The notes under the pieces: model-generated
Seen by the model: the letters and a program-made list of their open reading frames with translations, nothing else
Databases searched by the model: none
Told to the model about the DNA's origin: nothing
Part shown: positions 12,890 to 25,659 of the stretch, piece after piece
Numbering within the stretch: the first letter of the stretch is position 1
How the letters are laid out: every line of letters starts with the position of its first letter
NCBI RefSeq assembly: GCF_018977255.1
Contig: NW_024704743.1
Span: 4,156,001-4,220,000, forward strand
Length of the DNA stretch: 64,000 nt
From: Callorhinchus milii
Taxonomy: Eukaryota
Reading direction: 5' to 3'
Program-made: the position numbers and the translations under genes

Positions 12890-14544
12890 ATAAATATAGC
12901 GCCCTACGTGGGGGGACGGGTAGATAAAAGGGAGGGTTAGAGAAGAATTCTTTGCACAGAGGGTGGTTGGAATGTGGGATTACCTACTGCACCTTGGGTC
13001 TCGATCCCTTACGTGGTGAGCTCCCGATCTTAAGTCAAGCCCCTCGCACAGAGGCACTGAACGAAGGCCAGCTCTGTAGCATTGGTACAGGTCACCTCGA
13101 GCGATCTCCAGGGCCGAATGAATGTTGCGTTAGGTTAGTGGATGTTACGGTGGTGGGGGTGGGAGGTGGGGCGGGGGCGGGATTTGAGCTTACGCTGTGG
13201 GTGGTTAACATCTCGGACGGGCTCCCGGAAAGATTGCTAAAGCCTGAAAAAGCAAGAGTGGTCACTCTACCCACGACTGTTTGCGGGGACGCTGCTGTGC
13301 GCAATTGGCTGCCGCGTTTCGCCCACAAAACACACAAGTCGATCCACTTTACAGTATATTCTGATACGTTCTCAACGACGTGATAAGGCGCCATATCAAA
13401 TGCAAGGATTAGTATTCATTTTGTTATGACTCAATGATGGCCCAAAAATCGAAGCATCTATATTGTTACCCACACGTCATGAATTTTTATGGGTTAATTA
13501 TTATTATTATTATTATTATTATTATTTATGCTGATGTTGGACTCATTAGGGAGGGAGGGAGGGGTTTATTGTACTGAGTGAAGTTTAATGTGCACCAAGA
13601 CCAGTTGCCGAGGCAACCTTTCCAGCTGCGTTGTCCGAGGGCAGAGATAACCCTCCATATTATTTCACCGTCAGGATCAAAGGCATCTTTTGGGTAAACA
13701 ATTGCCGTTGAATAAAACCGGCGTTGAATCCCCAAAACTCCCGAAACTCACCACCTCCGACCGCTCGCCGCTGAGAACAGAGAAAAACGTTAACCCAGAC
13801 AGATGCACTGGCGTGCGGTAAAGTGAGATTAATGTACAAAATCATCGTATCGAACAGCCTGTAAACACCACATTCCGTCCTTAACTGCTTTGTCAATAGC
13901 GAGTGCACTTTCCAAACGGATTGCTGCTTAATCCAATGATCCATAACAGAAGGAGAGAGACAAGAAAAAGTTGTTTGTCGCCGCAAACAAATATTGGACA
14001 GAGAAATAATTTACAAACCGTGTTACTGTTTCCCGGGCGTGACAAACGAAAGCGTCGCGCAGTCTGGATAAAGGCATCCGAACGCTGTCGGTAATTGTTA
14101 AGTGCTTTGAGAAGCCGGGAAGGTAACGGTGATTGAAGCAACGTATTCAAGAGGAACTTGACACTTTATTTGAGAGAGAAGGGAATAGTGGGGTCCATGG
14201 GAAAGGGAGAACAAGGGGGCAGTGGGTGGGGTAAAGCTTGTGCAGAATATAAACGCCGGCGCAGACTAGTTGGGCCGAATGGCCTGTTTCCCTGCTGTGC
14301 GCACCATTTGAAATGGAGTTGATCAAGTAATCAGGACAGTGGGACAAGAGCACGTAGGTATAGAGTTGTAAAGGGCAATTTCAGGACAGATAACCGGGAA
14401 GTTTTCGTCTTTTATCAGAGGGTAATCAAAGACTGGAACGGGTTGCTAACCCCCAGCTCCGGTGCAGACCCTTACCTTCCGACATGAAAGGTGCTATTTA
14501 AATGTAAGGATTGTGAGGGCGCATATTGTATGTGGGGGTGTGGA

Positions 14545-14609
14545 GGGTTGTTGTGTGTGTGTGTGTGTGAGGGTGCGTATTGTGAGTGTTGGGTGGGGGT
14601 GGAGGGGTA

Positions 14610-14640
<31 letters not shown>

Positions 14641-14735
14641 GGGTGGGGGGCGATTGTGTGTGTGTGTGTGAGGGCGCGTATTGTGAGTGTGGTGTGCGGA
14701 GGGGTATTGTGTGTGTGCGTGTGTGTGTGTCCGTG
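14545..14735. repeat. (TG)n-rich compound microsatellite
   Basis: Several (tg)n runs with G-rich spacers. Confidence 0.95.
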
Positions 14736-16652
14736 TCACAGGTCAGTGTGCAGGATCCAAGGAACAAGCGCCCTGTGGTGAATCGGAAGCTTTTGTCTAA
14801 ACACGCCGCAACTCGCAGCAGATGGATTCAATTTACCTCGGCAGGTTTTGAATTGGCTCCACGCTGGCCCTGCAAATGGCCCAATGGGTACGTGTCCTGG
14901 GCAGAGGCTGGAAGCTCACATCTGATAAGCGTGCACGTGTGCGCAGGCGTGTGTCTGACAGACCTTATTAGTTCTCAGCGTGAACACGAGCGTGCCCATC
15001 AAAGTCAAACGGCAAAGCGTGTTCCGCTGAATTTCCCAGCGTGCTGTGGCGCAGTTCCGTGCTTGCGCTCAGCAGACGCACGGGGGCGTCCGACGCGACA
15101 TAACAAGACGCTGCGTCTGTTCAGCTCGCCTCTGAGCGGGATAGCCATAGAAGATTTGAGGTCCCTGATCCTAAGGGCACTAATCCTTACAATATGGAAT
15201 AGCGCCTTTCGCAACAGAAGGTCCCCCTTCGAAGCACTTCACTCCGAAACCCTGTCCGTCCAGCGCCTTGGGACGTCCTCCCGAACGTGCAAAGCGCTGC
15301 ACACACACACGCGTCATTCGTAGTGTGTTGTGTTGTCTTGTGTTTGGTCAAGTCTTTCTGAGATGTGACGTGCTGGTGAGAGTTTTGAGGTGCCCGGGAC
15401 GGGATATAATGCTTTTGCCCCGCGCTTTCCCACTCAGGGCGAGGGCTACCCCTGCTGGTTATTTCGAGTGGCGCAGGTTTATACGCAATGTTACCTTGAG
15501 AAACAACCTGAAGACATTTCGCACCGCAGTCACTGCCGGTCGCCCTACGCCTTCTTCGCCCGTTTGACGTAGCAGCTGTCCGGGCCAGCTTTCCCGCTGC
15601 TTGTCCAGCTAGGACCGCCTGCCCCCGCGGGGCTTTGGCTTGCGGGGTTAGCGGGAGCTGAGTGGGAGGAATTCCCTGCCCCCCCCTCCCCCCCCACCCC
15701 ACCCACCACCACCACCGGTGACTGGTCTGTCCTTCCAGGTCCTGCCGATGAGCCAGACCGAGCTGTGCTGTCATCAGCAATGGACTAGAGATGGACTAGA
15801 GACCGTCACAGAGGGCTGACGCGATTCCGACATTCCATTGCCAGGCACGTCAACCCGGAGCCAGTTCAGCTGCAAGGAGACCTCCGCTTACCTCCTCCCA
15901 CCCACCCAAGGAAGATAATCTCCTTCCCCTTAAGGAGTGACTTTGTGTATTTGTGGGAAAAACCTGGCAGCCAATTCCCCCCCCCCCTCCCCGCCCCCCC
16001 CCCCCCAGCAAAAGCCCTACGCACAGCCAAGAAGCGAACGGTTCATTATTCTGGAGGATTGTTGGTCGGGAAACCAGGAGAAACTCGTTTCACTTTCCAA
16101 ATAGTGGTGATCAGGATCTTTAACATTCACTTCAATGGGGAAAACCTGAAATACCCTTTATACTAATTAATCCTTGCGCTTGATATTGATATTAAGCGCT
16201 CTGAGACGCTATATATACCCTGCGTGGAGGGCGCTATAGGAGTGCAAATAGTTGCTGTTGTTGATGATGATACTGTGCCCATCGAAATGCCATCAAAAGC
16301 ATTTCAATGGATCTGCTGTGAAGAGCAGTGATTGTTCATTTGTAGGCGAGTTGCACGCAGCAATGTTCCACAAACAGCCGTGACGTGAATGATCATATGT
16401 ATCCAGGACAACAGGAGGAACCCTTTTAACATCGCCTGAACAGGCAGATGAGGTCTCGGTCTAACATTTCATCCAAAGGACGGTACCTCTGACAATGCAG
16501 CGTTCCCCCCCAGCGCTACACTGCAGTGTCAGCTTAGACTGTGTGAGTTCAAAGCCAAGACGGCTACCAACTGAGCCAGGAATCGTTTACTTTCAGAAAC
16601 CTGTTGCAGCGTAGGTGGAGGTGAATAGTCAAGACGACTATCATGTCCGTAT

Positions 16653-16970
16653 GGTCCTGTAGCTCAGTGGTTAGAGCGCTCGCCTCGCAAGCGAGAGACC
16701 TGGGTTCGATTCCCGGGCAGGGCGAAACGTTGGACAAGTTTCCTTGTTCCACAAACCTGATAATAATCCCTCAAGAAAAGAAAACAATAATAAATTGGTC
16801 ACTTCAATCCACGGCTGTTTGTGGGGACTCTGCTGTGTGCAATTGGCTGCCGCATTTTGCCCACAAAATATACAGTCAATTCACTTTACAGTATATCCTG
16901 TGAAGCGCTTTGAGATGTCTCTAAGACGTGATAAGCCACTATATCAAATGGAAGGATTATTATTATTATC
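16653..16970 (+). mobile_element. tRNA-headed SINE (short variant)
   Basis: Intact A/B boxes, body, (TTA)n tail. Confidence 0.9.
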
Positions 16971-17529
16971 ATCAGCAAAACAAAATAAATGTGAATCTAC
17001 CCTCATTTATTTTCTAATTACAGAGACATAATAATAACCAAACAGCTGACATGTTCACCTGCCTCCACAGGCACAATTGATTAGTTAATCTTGTAAAGCA
17101 AACAGAAGTCTTCTGCTATTCCACCCCCGAGGAGATGACGCAAGCTTCACTTCAGGTAGATTCTGGGTTTTAAGCAAGAGGGTTAATTACAATTCCCAAA
17201 ATGGGCCTAACTCTCCACGCTGGGAGTAGGGAGGCGATGGGAAGGTTTAAAAGTAATAATAATAATCCGTGTATTTGATATAGCACCGTATTGTGCCATT
17301 GAGACGTCTCAAAGCGCTTTTCACCGGATATACCGTAAAGCGACTGTGTATTTTGTGGGTGAAACGTAGCAGACACGATCCCACAAACGGTCGTGGGGTT
17401 CAAAGGCACTGTTAGAAACGCAAACCTTAAATCTCTCAAGGACGTGGAACCCGCAGCCGGGAGCTGTGGTTGAAGCAGAAGTCATCAACGTATTTAAGAG
17501 GAAATTTGATGCACAACTTGGAAGAGAAC

Positions 17530-17890
17530 AACAACATCAACAACAGCAACAAGTGACATGTGTATAGCGCCTTTCACGTCGGGAGGACGTCCCAAGGCTC
17601 TGGACAGTCAATGTTTCGGACCCGAGCTGGTTGGGGGGGTGGGGGGTGGATGCGGGATCGGGGAGAGTAGAGGGCAAGAATGGGGAAGGAGGGTGATCAA
17701 AGGCAAGGGTCAAAGAGGAGGGTCACGAGACAGGTTTTGAAGGAGGCGAGGGAAGGGAGCGAGGCGGAGGGAATGCGGGATGGAGTTCCATAGGGTAAGG
17801 GGGGCAGAGTGGTTGAAGGCTCGCCCGCCAATGGTGGGGCGGGTGAGGCTGGGGCAGGGGGTGGGGGTGGAACGTGAAGCAGGCTGAGCA
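17530..17890 (-). mobile_element. L2 3' end fragment
   Basis: (caa)n tail, ctttcacgtcgggaggacgtcccaagg, SLASFKTCL segment. Confidence 0.8.
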
Positions 17891-18329
17891 GAGGGAGAAG
17901 GGAGATACAGGAGAGGGGGAGACGGTCGGGTGGAGACTCATGTGGAATATACACACGGGCGTGAACCCTATTGGGTTAAATGGCTTGTTTCCGCGCTGTA
18001 GAGTTCTATGCGGTTCCATCAGCGGCTACAGAAACAGAGGGAAAGAGGAAGGGTGAAAGGCGTCGCACTTCAAAAGATCCTCAGTGTGTTAGCCCGTAAG
18101 TAACAATTTTTTGACTGAGTCATTTGGAATGCATAGGGTTTCTTTGCCCTTCTGTTCCATGGATTTTACCTACTGCTGAGTTCAGCTCGGAGTAAATCAC
18201 ATTTACCGTGGCCAGATTTTGCTATTCAAATCAACAGGACGTCAGAGACGGTCACAAATGCAAATCTCATGGTCTGGTAAGAGAGTGGCCATAGGAACCT
18301 AAGTCTCTGCCAGATTTCTTTGTAACGTG

Positions 18330-18785
18330 ATAACAATCCTTGCATTTGACAGAGCGCCTTTTACGTCAGGACGTCTCAATCAGGACGCATTCCTCCACAA
18401 GCCCCTCTCCCCCATCCCCTCTACCCCATCCTACCCGCGCCCCCCCCCTACCGAGGAGAGAGTGGAAAGTGGATTGACTGCAATTTGTGGGCGAAACGCG
18501 GCAGCCACTTGCGCACAGCCGTGTGCCACAAACAGTCGTGGAGATCGAGTGACCACATTTTTGCTTTGTTCTTTTGTGGGGTTTTTTTTTAGAAGGATTA
18601 TTACCCCCCAGAAAGTGATCCACCAATTGACTGACAACTACTGTGCTTGGTCTCCTACTTACTGCCAAGTAAACAGAGGTGTGTGGACTGAGGAAACCTG
18701 TCAAAGGTTTTGCTCCACCCGGGAATCGAACCCGGGTCCTCTTGCTTGCAAAGCGAACGCGCTAAGCACTGCACTACAGGACTCC
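18330..18785 (-). mobile_element. tRNA-headed SINE (long variant), interrupted near tail
   Basis: Head ggagtcctgtagtgcagtgcttagcgcgttcgc on minus strand; body motif. Confidence 0.85.
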
Positions 18786-21129
18786 TTACAAAAGAAAAGT
18801 CTTGCCTCACCGTCACCAACCGAGATGCAGAAGAGGGCCACAGTACTTTTGAAACAGTGTCGGGATGACAATAAAGTCTGGCGGGCAACTTATTTTCAAC
18901 CTCTTTGATAGTCAACAGAGTCATTCATTTTGCCACTCGGCTGGATGTGTCATTTAAGAAATAAGCTTAAATAAATAAGCTAGAGCTATTCCAATTCCTA
19001 GCATTGGCGGAAAGTGTGGAAATCTACCCAGGCTCCTATTTTAATTGAGCGCTATCCTTGCAGAAAAGAAACGGCAAGATCATATTGAGAATAACAACTG
19101 AGTGACAGGTGTGATATTTTTCCAAGCCTTTCGATCAAATTAGAACAGTCCCTTCCTCCCCGCGGATTTCTGTTCCCGCAGCGTCAGAGAAGTTTTTATA
19201 TATTTTTTTTTTTGCACAAAGGAACTTCGACAGAAGCGAAAGCTAACGCTGCTCTCCGGGAGGGTTGCAAAGGTTTGGATGTTGTGCATTGAGTAAATCC
19301 TGCAAAGCGTTTTGAAACGTTTCGACCCTTGTGTGGTGGGTATCAAACGCAAGGATGATTATTATTCCTATTATTATTATTATTACTATAATTGCCGCTT
19401 ATATATGTATATGGAGTATCAATGTGCTTGTGCAACATCTTGCACCATGTGTACGACAGCAACGACACCAACAAATTACATTCTCTGTAGCTACCTTATC
19501 GAATCCCTTTATTATATTAAAAACCTCAATCAAGATCACCCCTCAACCCTTCTGAACTCAAGTGTGCAGCTGCTTTCGTGTCAGTAGGAGGTCCTAAGGT
19601 GCTGTGTAAACCGCACGTACCCTTAATTAAATCTTTACTGTTGGTCAGCCGGGTGTCTGATGCGTGCGGAAACTCATTGCGATGCTTAAGGGGTATCCAG
19701 ACCAAGCTGAGAGTTCCACATGTTGTATGCCCTGCCTCACACGTGGAAACTTCCCCGTGTCTGGAACGGAATGTGAACGCTCTTTCTGGAGGGACGCGCT
19801 CCGCTTACATGAATTCAGGGATTATCAGAGGCAGGTTGGTGAGAGCCAAGACCTGAGGAACCCAGAATGTGCGTGGGATAACCGCTGAAGTTTAATCAGC
19901 TAAACCTGCATAGCTTAACCAGCGAGGACCATTAGGGCTTTGGCTTGTAGGGTTAACAGAAGCTGAGAAGGAAGAGTACTTGTTCCCAGTGACTTGCATG
20001 GCCTTCCGAATCCTGCTGATGAACCAGGCTGATTGATTAATCATCAGCAGTGCCTTGGAGCACTGCAGACTCGCTTGGCTCAGGAACCGGACTACCGAGA
20101 TCGATTCCAGCATTCAATTGCCAACCATCTCATCTCTGAGCCAACTCAGTAACAAGGAGACCACAGGGACATGCTGGAAAAGTTAGTCATCGTCTTACGA
20201 GTGACATATCCCGAAGCTAACTTTCTACCCATAGACAGGGAGCTGGTGAGCGGAGAGTGGAAGTGGGGAAGGGTTTGTAGGAGACCACACGCGCAGCAAG
20301 CAGCAAGGAGACAGAAAAGAAAAGGGCGGTGAATGAGGACGTAGGAAATAAATGTATGTTACTCCCGAGTAATTTTCATCTCTTTCCCCAAAGTGCTGGA
20401 AAAGGTAACCCAGGTCCCCCCGCCCAGCTTGTCATTTCACCCTAAAACCGCTGTAGGAAGTTCAAGTGGGTAGACTTTACGAGATCATCAGTAACTTGGA
20501 ATTATCATCAGTAAATTGGAATGTCCTGCGTTACGTTCAGCAACTATTCAATTCTCTGTACAGAGAGCAATAGGGCGTCTGATTGAATGCAATACGATTT
20601 ACATTTACTTATCGCCTTTCACGGCGGGAGGACATCTCGAATCACTTGACAAGGCCACCTCGGCACTGGGCTTGGGAGCAGAGTGATGTTGGTTGGGGGG
20701 GGGGGGGAGGGGGGAAGTGGGGAGTGGGGGGTGGGGGGGAGAGGAAAGACGACCTTCCAAAAGGTCAAAGAGATAAGTTTTGAGACGGGCCTTTGATAAT
20801 GGAATGGGAGGGAGGGAGGGAGGGAGGGAGTTCCAGAGATTTGCCTTTGCATTGCTGGCGAATCCCTTTTTACCTAAATAAATTGAGGAGAATACAAGAA
20901 AATAGCCCGATAAGTGAAACGTGGGCAAACCACAATATCCGATGCAGCATAAAATCCCAAGAGTTTAGCATATGGCTAATGTGCCGGTTTTAATGCCATC
21001 CAGAGGAGACACTTTATTCCGATCGATTAAAGATTGCTCTCATTTAGAGGGTTAAACTTCCGCAGGATAAAAACGAACCATCTGCTTTTTATAGACACTG
21101 TTCCGCAGATAAATGCTTTTCCAACCGCC

Positions 21130-21165
<36 letters not shown>

Positions 21166-21337
21166 ACACACACACATTGAGGGCGCAATGATATCATTTT
21201 CAAACTCCGCAAAGATTAGCAAGACGAGCAGCAAGAGACACAATTTAGAGGAATCCCGCTCGCTGAGAGCCGGGGGCAAGTTTGCTAATAGGGATTACAT
21301 TAAATTAATGGATTTGAATCCGCTGCTCTTTCCGCAG

Positions 21338-21489
21338 TAAAAGGCCGGAAGACTGGGAGCGATCGGTCTTCGCTCGTCGCAAGGACGGGGGCTACAGGCT
21401 GAAAGAGAACATCGTTTTCCACCTGTACGTCAACACACCTCCGTGCGGGGACGCCCGCCTGAACTCTCACCGCGAGGCAAGAGCTGAGC
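21338..21489 (+). CDS. ADARB2: ADARB2 coding exon (152 nt): [51 protein letters not shown](L)
   Basis: Acceptor ctctttccgcag|T, donor C|gtaagt; Zn-ligand PCGD at 21441-21452. Confidence 0.95.
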
Positions 21490-21958
21490 GTAAGTGATGC
21501 CGACTCCTTTTGGGATGTTTGAAAGGGATAGGGATCGCCTCGCACCCCCCACCCCTCCACCCCACCCGCCCTTTCCCTCCCCCACTTTTAAATCCCGCCT
21601 AAAGACCTTCCTCGTTGATGGTGCTCCCTCTCCCCCCACTGGCGCTCGGGGGTCAGGTCAGACTCCGCCACCGTCAAGCCCGGTAGGACGTCACCCCCCC
21701 CACCCGAAAGGCGCGATATAATTGCAAGTTGTTGTCGTTGTCGTGTGTGAAGCAGCGACCTCCGAGAATTAAGTGGGTTGACCCGTCAACTTCTCGTTCT
21801 GCGCGTTAGATCCTTTCCCGGCCTTTCGCGTCGCGGTTGTAATGGTCTTCGGGACAAAATGTCGGGTTTCCCGCCGCCCCCCCCCCCCACACCCACCGCC
21901 CGCCGCGCAAAGGTGGATTGAAAGAACAGGCAGTTTTTTTTTTTGTCTTCTTGAACAG

Positions 21959-22127
21959 TGCACGACGGCAAGCCAGTGAACAGGAAACCGCGCGGGCATC
22001 TGAGGACCAAGATCGAATCCGGGGAAGGAACGATTCCAATCCGCTCCCGCAATGGTGTCCAGACATGGGATGGAGTTTTACAGGGGGCCCAACTGCTCAC
22101 CATGTCCTGCACGGACAAAATTAACAG
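21959..22127 (+). CDS. ADARB2: ADARB2 coding exon (169 nt): [56 protein letters not shown](R)
   Basis: T-rich tract + cag acceptor, donor AG|gtaaaa; base-flipping loop GEG at 22021-22029; third Zn ligand Cys at 22108-22110. Confidence 0.96.
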
Positions 22128-22966
22128 GTAAAACCAGCCGGTGAGACAGAGGGCCCCGAAGCAGGCTGTTTCGCCCACGAAATATCCGGTCAATTCACTT
22201 GACGGGATGTTCTGCGAAGACGCCTCGAAGACGCGATAAGGCGCTACATCAAATGCAAGGAATATTATTATTATTATTATTATTATTATTATCACTGCTC
22301 CGCTATCCACGTGACGACACTAATTCATCCGTTGGTTATTCATTGCAACTCGTTCATTAATTAGACCGTGGGTTTGGTTTCCGCTTTTACGATTATTCCG
22401 CAAAGCGCTTTGAGACGTCTCGACGCCATGATGAGGCGCTAAACCAAACACAAGTATTATTATCAGTAGTAGTATTATTATTATTACTGTTATAATTTCG
22501 CTTGCAACAACAAATCACAAAGAACCCCCCCCCCCCCTCCCCCCTTTTACTGAGTGAAGCCTTTAACATTACTGAAGAGATGTCAATGGCATAAAGTTTC
22601 AGGGTATTTGATGAAACGCTCTGGGGCTCTGCCCTGCGTCGGGGGGGGGCGGAGGGGGGAATGCAAGTTGTTGTTAAATTACTCTCAGCTTCCGCAGCCT
22701 GGACTCTGAGAGGGGGGGGGAAGGAAGGAAGTGCCCGAGTCTGCCTTTACGATCGCGTACTATTTAAGCCATCATTTGTGTTTTTCAGTGGATCAGAGTT
22801 GCCCTGGCGTTCTGCCTTAGTGGCTTTGAGCACCTGTTGAAATCTAATTGGCCAATAGCCCCCACACCGCTCCCCCCCCCCCCCCCCCCCACTCCCCCAC
22901 CCACCCAGTGAAGTGTTTTAAGGCATCCTGTAATTTTAATTACCGTTAAATTGTAGTGTTTCAATG

Positions 22967-23338
22967 GAGTCCTGTAAGGGCATTGGTGAGAGCACTCGCC
23001 TCGCCAAGCGAGAGGAGCTGGCTTCGATTCCCGGGAAGGGCAAAACGTTGGGCAAGTTTCCTCACTCCGCACGCCTCTGTCTGCCCAGCAGTAAGTGGGG
23101 ACCTGGTTGTCAGTCGATTGCGGATCACTTTTCCGGGGAAGTAATATTCCCTTCAAAAAATATATGTTTAAATAAATAAATAACTTGATCACGCTGCCGC
23201 GGGCAATTGGCTGCCGCGTTTCGCCCACAAAGTATGCAGTCAATTCACTTTGCAGTGCAGCATATCCTGTGAAGAGTTTCGAGTTGTCTAGAAGACGTGA
23301 TAAGGCGCTATATCAAATGCAAGGATTATTATTATTAT
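22967..23338 (+). mobile_element. tRNA-headed SINE (long variant)
   Basis: Head, middle segment, body and tail; followed by an inverted 3' fragment at ~23380-23495. Confidence 0.87.
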
Positions 23339-25659
23339 GCACCCCACATGAAAGGCATTAGATCAAATGCAAGGATTACTATAATAATAATAATAATAAT
23401 CCGTAGCTTTTGATATAGCGCCTTATTAAGTCATTGAGACATCTCAAAGCACTTCACAGGACATATACAGTAAAGTGGATTGACTGTGTATCTTGTAGTA
23501 TATTAATAGTATTTATAGATCATTCCTCCTCCTCAAACCGCCATGTTTACATTGTTTTATATCCTTAGTTTTTCTACAATCTGAACCCATTGTGGGCTTG
23601 CGAAGTGCCTAGAGATATCTTGACAATGTGATAAGAAATCTATGTAAAATGCAAGGATTATTGTTAGTATTACTCTACCCTTTCAAGTGACTTCTCTTTA
23701 GATATCTTATCTAATTCCATCTTGAAAACTATTTTGGTTGGTGCCCTGACCATTTTTTCACAGCAAAACCTCTTAACAACTCGCTGCGTAAACAAAAAAC
23801 TCTCCCTTGGCTCCTTTGGTTATTGTCTTAAATTGATTTAAGGAGTCCAGACAAGAGACCTGAGCTCGGGAATATCTGGGTCTGTGTGGATAAGTGGCAT
23901 TTTGGGGGAGGAACTGTCTGTTTTTTTAACATTCGTGTTAAAAATCTGTGCACAATTGGCTGCCGAGTTTCGCCCCCAAAATACACAGTCAACTGGCTTT
24001 TACAATGTACATTCTGTGAAGCGCTTTGAGACGTCTCAATGCGGTGATATCAAACACTACATCAAACACAGGGATTATTGTTGTCGTGATTCCGACTATT
24101 AGAATTCGAGGCAGAATTATAATGCTGCGATTTGAGCTTCACGCCCCAATCTCTTTTCCTTTAAACGTTTGACTGCGGAGGTTGAATCTATCGAGCGGCA
24201 GTTCTGCTCTGAGGATACCCAGGAAGGCAGAGCTCTAAGGGTGGTTGGTTTTCAATGGATTAAAACCAGTCGGCAACTGGCAGTCAGGTGTCTGCTAACA
24301 GGATCCTGGGGATGGGTTCCCGAGCCCTCGCTCGTTCACTCGCTGGCTTTCATTACTTTCATTCATGCGGAGTGGGTTAAATCCAAGGGAAGTTTGGGTC
24401 ACACAGTATTAACAGCCACTTCCTTTAGTCCCGGGGGAGCTCTGTTCTCCGCTTGATCCAGTGCTGGCCTTAGAATGGGTGCGGACGTAACCCTTTCACC
24501 GACAAAAACGCAACAGGTTCGAACAATTTTCGGGCCCCAGAGGGGTGATTCTAAGCCTCTGCCGGTGACCTGGGATTAAGGTTCCAAACAATCTAATGTG
24601 CTAATGTGTGTTCTTATCCCTGCCCCCACACCCCACCCTCCCCCCCCAAAAAAAACCACACGCACAAATACACCGCACACCGTGCCACACTGCATTTGCT
24701 CATTTGGGGAGCATTTGTATTGAAACAATTAGTACTGTCTCGACTGACACTCGGCTGAAATTTTCAAGGCTTAGGTCGATAGATCTTTGTTAGGTAAAGG
24801 TATCAAGGGATATGGAGTTGGAGTTGAGGTCCGGATCAACCATGATCTAATAGAATGATTGATCTATACCTCAGGCTCAAGCGGCTGAATAGCTTACCCA
24901 GAGCTCATTAATCTATATCAATGCAAATTTTTGTTGTTCTCATGTTCCAGTGCAATGCTGGGTGGAACACTTCGTGGGATGAGACTTTAAACTAAGGTCC
25001 CTACTGCTTCTTCAGGCGGACGTTAAAGACCCCTTGGTACTCTTTGAAAGAAAAGGGAGTTTCTCCCGGTGTCCTGGCCAACAATAACCTCCCCTCCCCA
25101 CCCCACCACCACGAATAAATGACATGGATGTGTGTGGCACCTTGCGGCGTGCCGACAAGTACAAAGTCACTACGCTTTCCAAAGTCGTTGACAAAGTGCT
25201 CTTGAGACATTTTAGCAGACGAGCAATATTATTAGCACCGATATTTATTTGTTTGGGGAGGGAAACTAGTTCAGATGAGTTCACTGACAACACGAGGAAG
25301 GCAGAATTAGCATAAAGTCTATTGAAGTGACAAGATCGCTGATGCAGCCCAGGTTAATGGCAGTGTCAGCCCATGTTAATTGGGCTCCTTGTTCTGTTTG
25401 CTTCAATACCTCCTCTCAGCTGGTTACTCTGATAATGTCAGCGCTGTTCACTTTTGATACGTAAGCAAAGTGCATTGGAAATAGAAACAAGGGGTAGGGT
25501 TTTGATCAGAATGTTGCAAGAACCGGAGCAAGTGACTCAGCCGTTGAACCTGTTCTGCTCTTTTATGATTTCATGGTTGATATTTATCTTTTTAATTGCA
25601 TTTCCAATCATTTCCCCCTGTGTCTCTTACCCTTTAGATGTCAGTCATTGTTTCAGCCA

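Noticed and set aside
14586..15323. 245-aa ORF on plus strand
   Set aside because: Starts in a (TG)n repeat and ends in an L2 tail; no recognisable domain
16653..16724. tRNA-Ala/Val gene calls at SINE heads
   Set aside because: Each continues directly into the SINE body and tail with no Pol III terminator after the cloverleaf; annotated as SINEs
15780..20522. Short tandem duplications (atggactagag x2 near 15780; atcatcagtaa.ttggaat x2 near 20484)
   Set aside because: Ordinary slippage duplications with no further structure
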